Below are positions 60,166-64,000 of a stretch of DNA of 64,000 bases, one piece after another. The stretch comes from Cystobasidiomycetes sp. EMM_F5 (taxonomy: Eukaryota): positions 186,001-250,000 of the forward strand of contig JBPGPT010000020.1 in NCBI GenBank assembly GCA_051047955.1, written 5' to 3'. Every line of letters starts with the position of its first letter. The first letter of the stretch is position 1. A program made the translations under genes and the position numbers. The notes under the pieces were generated by a model. The model made no database searches. It was not told where the DNA came from and saw only the letters and a list, made by a program, of their open reading frames with translations.

Positions 60166-62114
60166 TTAGCGGTCCAGAAGTCGCTCCACCTCCGCCTCCT
60201 CGAATGCCTCGAGATCGACGAGCTGTTTCTCAACCTTACCATCTATGCTGAACTCGTCCAGGAAGACTTGTCTGCCCATTCGTAGAGCCTGCAAGACCCG
60301 TCCGTCCTGCAGAGCAGCTGACCATGCCTGTTGGTCTTCCTTGACCTGGTCTGCTTTTGACAGCCATATCTCCAGCAGACCAAGTTTGACTACAGTAAAG
60401 CGAAGCATACTCTCGAAGGCTACTTGCGTCGGTGTACTTAAGGGCGCATCTTCCGCATTCAACATGCCTTCAGGTGTAGCAGTCCGGTTCCTGAACGTCT
60501 TCATCGCTCGAGGGGCCAATCCATTGCGGTCGACCAGATCTCTAGGTATCCGAGACAAGTAAGCAGTAATTGCTTCTTCGCAGCTCAGCGATAACAGAGA
60601 AACCGATGACCCGCTCTTGGTGTGTACATTAGTGTCGGCGGCTTTTGCGTGGCGTTGCAGATATCGCATGAGCAGTCTGATTTTAAACTCCGGCCGTCTT
60701 GGCAGCGCCATCTGTATGGATATCAACAGTCAGACCTGATCTCACATCAACGTCTCTTCGATAGAATGCACCTGTATCCACTCTTGTAGCGCATTCGCAG
60801 ACAAAGAACCGAGCTGCTCGACAATCTGCTGTATCATTGCGCCAGAGTCGAATTTCCCGGCATTGGCTAGTGACACGAGCTACGATGCAACTTTTTTAGA
60901 ATGGGGATACGTCAAAGCTATATGGAATGACTGACCAAGTCGAGCAGACGCAGAGACAGTTTTCGGTTTCTTCTGCAGGCAGTCGAGTCTTTGCCCTCGT
61001 TGGCATTCCAACGCGCAAACACCACGCGCAGCGCATCTTTGGCATCGGATGGCGGTCCGAAAGTAGATGCGGGGAACTGGGTGAGCAGTGATGGCGAGTA
61101 TGGCTTCGAGTCTGTTCGATAAGGCGCATTAGGTCAGGCCGATACAAAAGCGTTCCAGATGGCACGAGACTGACCTGCATTGCCATTCTCTGCGTTTTGC
61201 ACCACTTTGCGCTGTTCCATCTCCCATGCAGACAGCAGTAACTCGAGCAACGCCCACGCATTCGGCAATATGGCCAACTCTGCCTGTTTCCCCTTGTCCC
61301 TGGAAGACCCACTGGCCCGGCGTCTGGACTTGCCAGCTAAGACTTGCCATACATCAGAGCACTCGGTCAATCTGATTGCCGATTTCTGAAAGCGAGTCTG
61401 GTCTTCGAGCATCTGTTTCCGCTGATTCTCCGAAGGCGCGTTGTCGAGGTCGTCTGCCAAATTCCGTCGCAAGGGCTGCGCGCCTGCATACACGTCATCG
61501 TCTGCTCCTCTCTGTCGGATATCATCATCGGACACGCGTCGAGGGATAGCTTGCAGGATCCGCTCTGGACCGCATTCGTCGATCCAGTCTTGCAGAATTT
61601 GACGAGCGCGTTGGACTGCTGTTGTATGCGAAATGTAGTAAATGTCATGCTCGTCGGCCTGGTCGACCGGATTACGAAACTTGATGCATGCTTCGGGGTC
61701 GATGATAAGTGCAACAAGTTGCAGGATGTGGTTGCTAGAGGCCTTCTCAGCTAGTGCATGTGACTTGCTGTGCATCCCTCACACGTCAGGCAGATACCAT
61801 TGATTTGTTAGACCCTGCAGCAGTCCAAACACTTCTTCGACTGTATTTGTTGACCCAACATCAGCCAATTTACGCGTAAACAAGGCATGGAACTGGACTT
61901 GCAGTCGCCGTCTTCAAACACTGTGTCGACGAGGTTGACCAGAGCTGCATAAGGACCTTCTCAGCGATAACTCCTCCGCTTTGAGTGTGAATTGACTGGC
62001 CATACCCAACGGCATCTCGCTGGGAACCAGTCTATCAGCGGTAGTAGCATTCTTGCCAGTCTTGCCAACTCGTCGAGCTCTACTAGACCCTTCGCCGCGG
62101 TCGCTGTCCTGCAT
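60166..62114 (-). CDS. Hypothetical alpha-helical protein, possibly Nse5-like (Smc5/6 loader)
   Basis: Spliced LG|PYAALVNLVDTVFEDGD|FEEVFGLL...NHILQLVALIIDP...LTECSDVWQVL...AWALLELLLSAWEME; multi-exon, including a GC-AG intron. The function call is weak. Confidence 0.55.
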
Positions 62115-62238
62115 ATTTGGAATGCTCAGACTTGGTTGTAATACTTGTTTGATTCAAATTCCAAGCCCAGCTCTACTTTATGACTATGCAATATGCCTGA
62201 TTTCTGAGTATCCTGAAGTGCTGTCACCGCAGCCTGCA

Positions 62239-64000
62239 ATGTGGGAGCAGTCTCTGTCTGGCCTCATAAAGGTGGGCCGCGCTTGAAGGCTGTACTGCTG
62301 ATGTGTATTATCACTCATTTACTGGCATTGTATGTACAACCATCATCCAGGCCCTGCGAGCCAACAAGCGCGACGAGCACAGAGTCATCGCCCAGGCGTT
62401 GGCAGAGATTGGCGATGAAGTCCGCAGCAAGGAGTGGGATATAAAAGCAGCCGCAGTGCTCAAGCTGACCTATGTGCGTCGAGGCATGTTTGCAGCTCGA
62501 AGCTTTTCAATAACTAATGGTCTACCTCGATACGTCTCCAGCTCGAGATGCTGGGCCATCCAACCCTCCTCAAGCATTCATTCCCAGTCATCGAATGCAT
62601 GTCGTCGCCAAAGTTCCACATCAAGCAGATCGGCTACCTAGCAGCGTCACAATCGTTTGCAGCGAGTACCGAAGTCATCCTGCTCGTACACAACCTCATC
62701 AAGAAGGACCTTACGACATCAGCTCATCCGTCTACAGTCATACTCGCATTGACGTCGTTGCCGACGCTGCTCGAAGCGTCACCCCAACTCGCAGAAGATC
62801 TCCTACCAGACTTGCTGCGTATGCTCACGCACTCGAAACCCCCAGTTCGACGGATAGCAACGCTGGTGAGTGGAAAAGTATGGGCATTGCAACATTCGGT
62901 CGCCTTGGAATTCGGTCATGTCGAAAAGCTACGAGCAGGTCTGACCGACCCCGACCCGTCCGTCATTTCTGCGACCGTCAATGTTATGCTGGAACTCGCA
63001 CGTAGTCGTCCGGACTCTCTCGGTTCTTTACTCGGTCTGGCGCCTGATTTGTTTGACCTGCTCACCGAAAGCACAAACAACTGGATGCTCATCAAGATTG
63101 TCAAGCTCTTTGCGATTCTTACGCCCATAGAACCTCGATTAGTGCGGAAACTCCTTCCCCCTCTGACAAACCTCATCAGCAGCACGCCCGCCTTCTCATT
63201 GCTGTACGAATGCATTCAAACGGTAATCACTGGTGGTATGCTGTCCTCGTCCGGATCAAGCGAACAAGCCAGCCTGGCAACAACGTGCATCGACAAGCTA
63301 TCAGCCTTCCTGTCAGATTCGGATCAGAATCTACGATACATTGCCTTGAAAGGCCTGTCTCGACTACTGGCGACGGGTCACGCGCACCTCTTATCGCAGC
63401 ACTACGACGAGATTCTTACTTGCGTAGACGAGGAAGATCTCACTATCCGTTTGAAGGCTCTAGAGCTGATTGAACGGCTAACGGACCGCTCGACTTGCAA
63501 AGAGGTAGTGCGCCGCTTGTTGGCGCAAATATCGCCCAATACGCAGACGGGGAAAGGAAAGGGCAAGGCACACACAAGGTCACCATCGCAGCCGTCTGCA
63601 GCTGCAGCACTCCGCGCCATTTCCTCGTCATACGATAATGCTTCACCGTCAGGAATGGCTACAGACGCGCCAAACGCCATCATCTCATCTGCAGCCGTCA
63701 ATATGGCATTCTCAAATTACCGCTACAGATTACTTCTCCTCATCCTGCGACTGACAAGCCGGTCATCGGATGATGGCACACAACTCTATGTCAATATCTC
63801 GAATTTTGAATGGTACCTCGACAGCTTGGTTACGGTCGCGTATCTGTCGCTGTCATTTCCTCCTCCCGTGACGCCAGATGGTCAAGCGACTGTGGGCGCA
63901 CGAGTAGCCGAAGCATTGTTGGATGTCACTGCTCGGGCCACCAGCATTCGTGAGGTTGCAGTGAAGAAGATGCGAACGCTTCTAGTCAATGAGGCTTTCT
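62239..64000 (+). CDS. APL5: AP-3 adaptor complex subunit delta (runs off the window end)
   Basis: MWEQSLSGLIK|ALRAN...IKAAAVLKLTY|LEMLG...ECMSSPKFHIKQIGYLAASQSF...TNLIKKDL...NNWMLIKIVKLF...EPRLVRKL...DQNLRYIAL...NFEWY. Confidence 0.95.

Noticed and set aside
59621..60251. Plus-strand Cys-containing ORFs as a real gene
   Set aside because: Two overlapping frames without convincing motifs, overlapping the 3' end of the minus-strand gene; better explained as antisense of a relic or as noise.
1..64000. Transposons, rRNA, tRNA, telomeric repeats
   Set aside because: No transposase, reverse transcriptase or integrase motifs, LTRs, or recognisable structural RNA were seen by eye; an intron-containing tRNA could be missed without tRNAscan-SE.

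Overview
Gene-dense eukaryotic fungal DNA with short spliceosomal introns (about 45-85 nt; GT-AG plus several GC-AG) and micro-exons. The gene content and compactness suggest a basidiomycete, possibly Pucciniomycotina (inference only). Recognisable genes: HIS7 (truncated by the window) head-to-head with SER3, a CPT1/EPT1 phosphotransferase, the GOS1 SNARE, a Methyltransf_22-type protein, a His-tailed CDF zinc transporter, a GH63/YMR196W-like glycosidase, RidA, a GNAT acetyltransferase, three MATE transporter copies (one intact, two damaged), a secreted pepsin-like protease, an ARO8-like aminotransferase, a GT34 glycosyltransferase, alpha-tubulin, a signal-peptide-bearing amidohydrolase, an SRPK-like kinase and the AP-3 delta subunit (truncated). 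Most notable: (1) a tandem family of four intronless ~80-100 aa proteins at 37.4-41.2 kb, with a hydrophobic Ala-rich N-terminus and a conserved basic C-terminal motif that I cannot assign to any family; (2) a probable Rec114/Rec7 orthologue divergently paired with a KASH-like membrane protein; (3) a secreted protein built from ~100-aa C-x15-C helical repeats; (4) one apparently intact atypical kinase-like gene with several decayed paralogues; (5) divergent XLF-like and possibly Nse5-like DNA repair genes. No rRNA, tRNA, CRISPR array or clear transposon was found. Exon boundaries were read by eye and family calls come from remembered motifs, not database searches.
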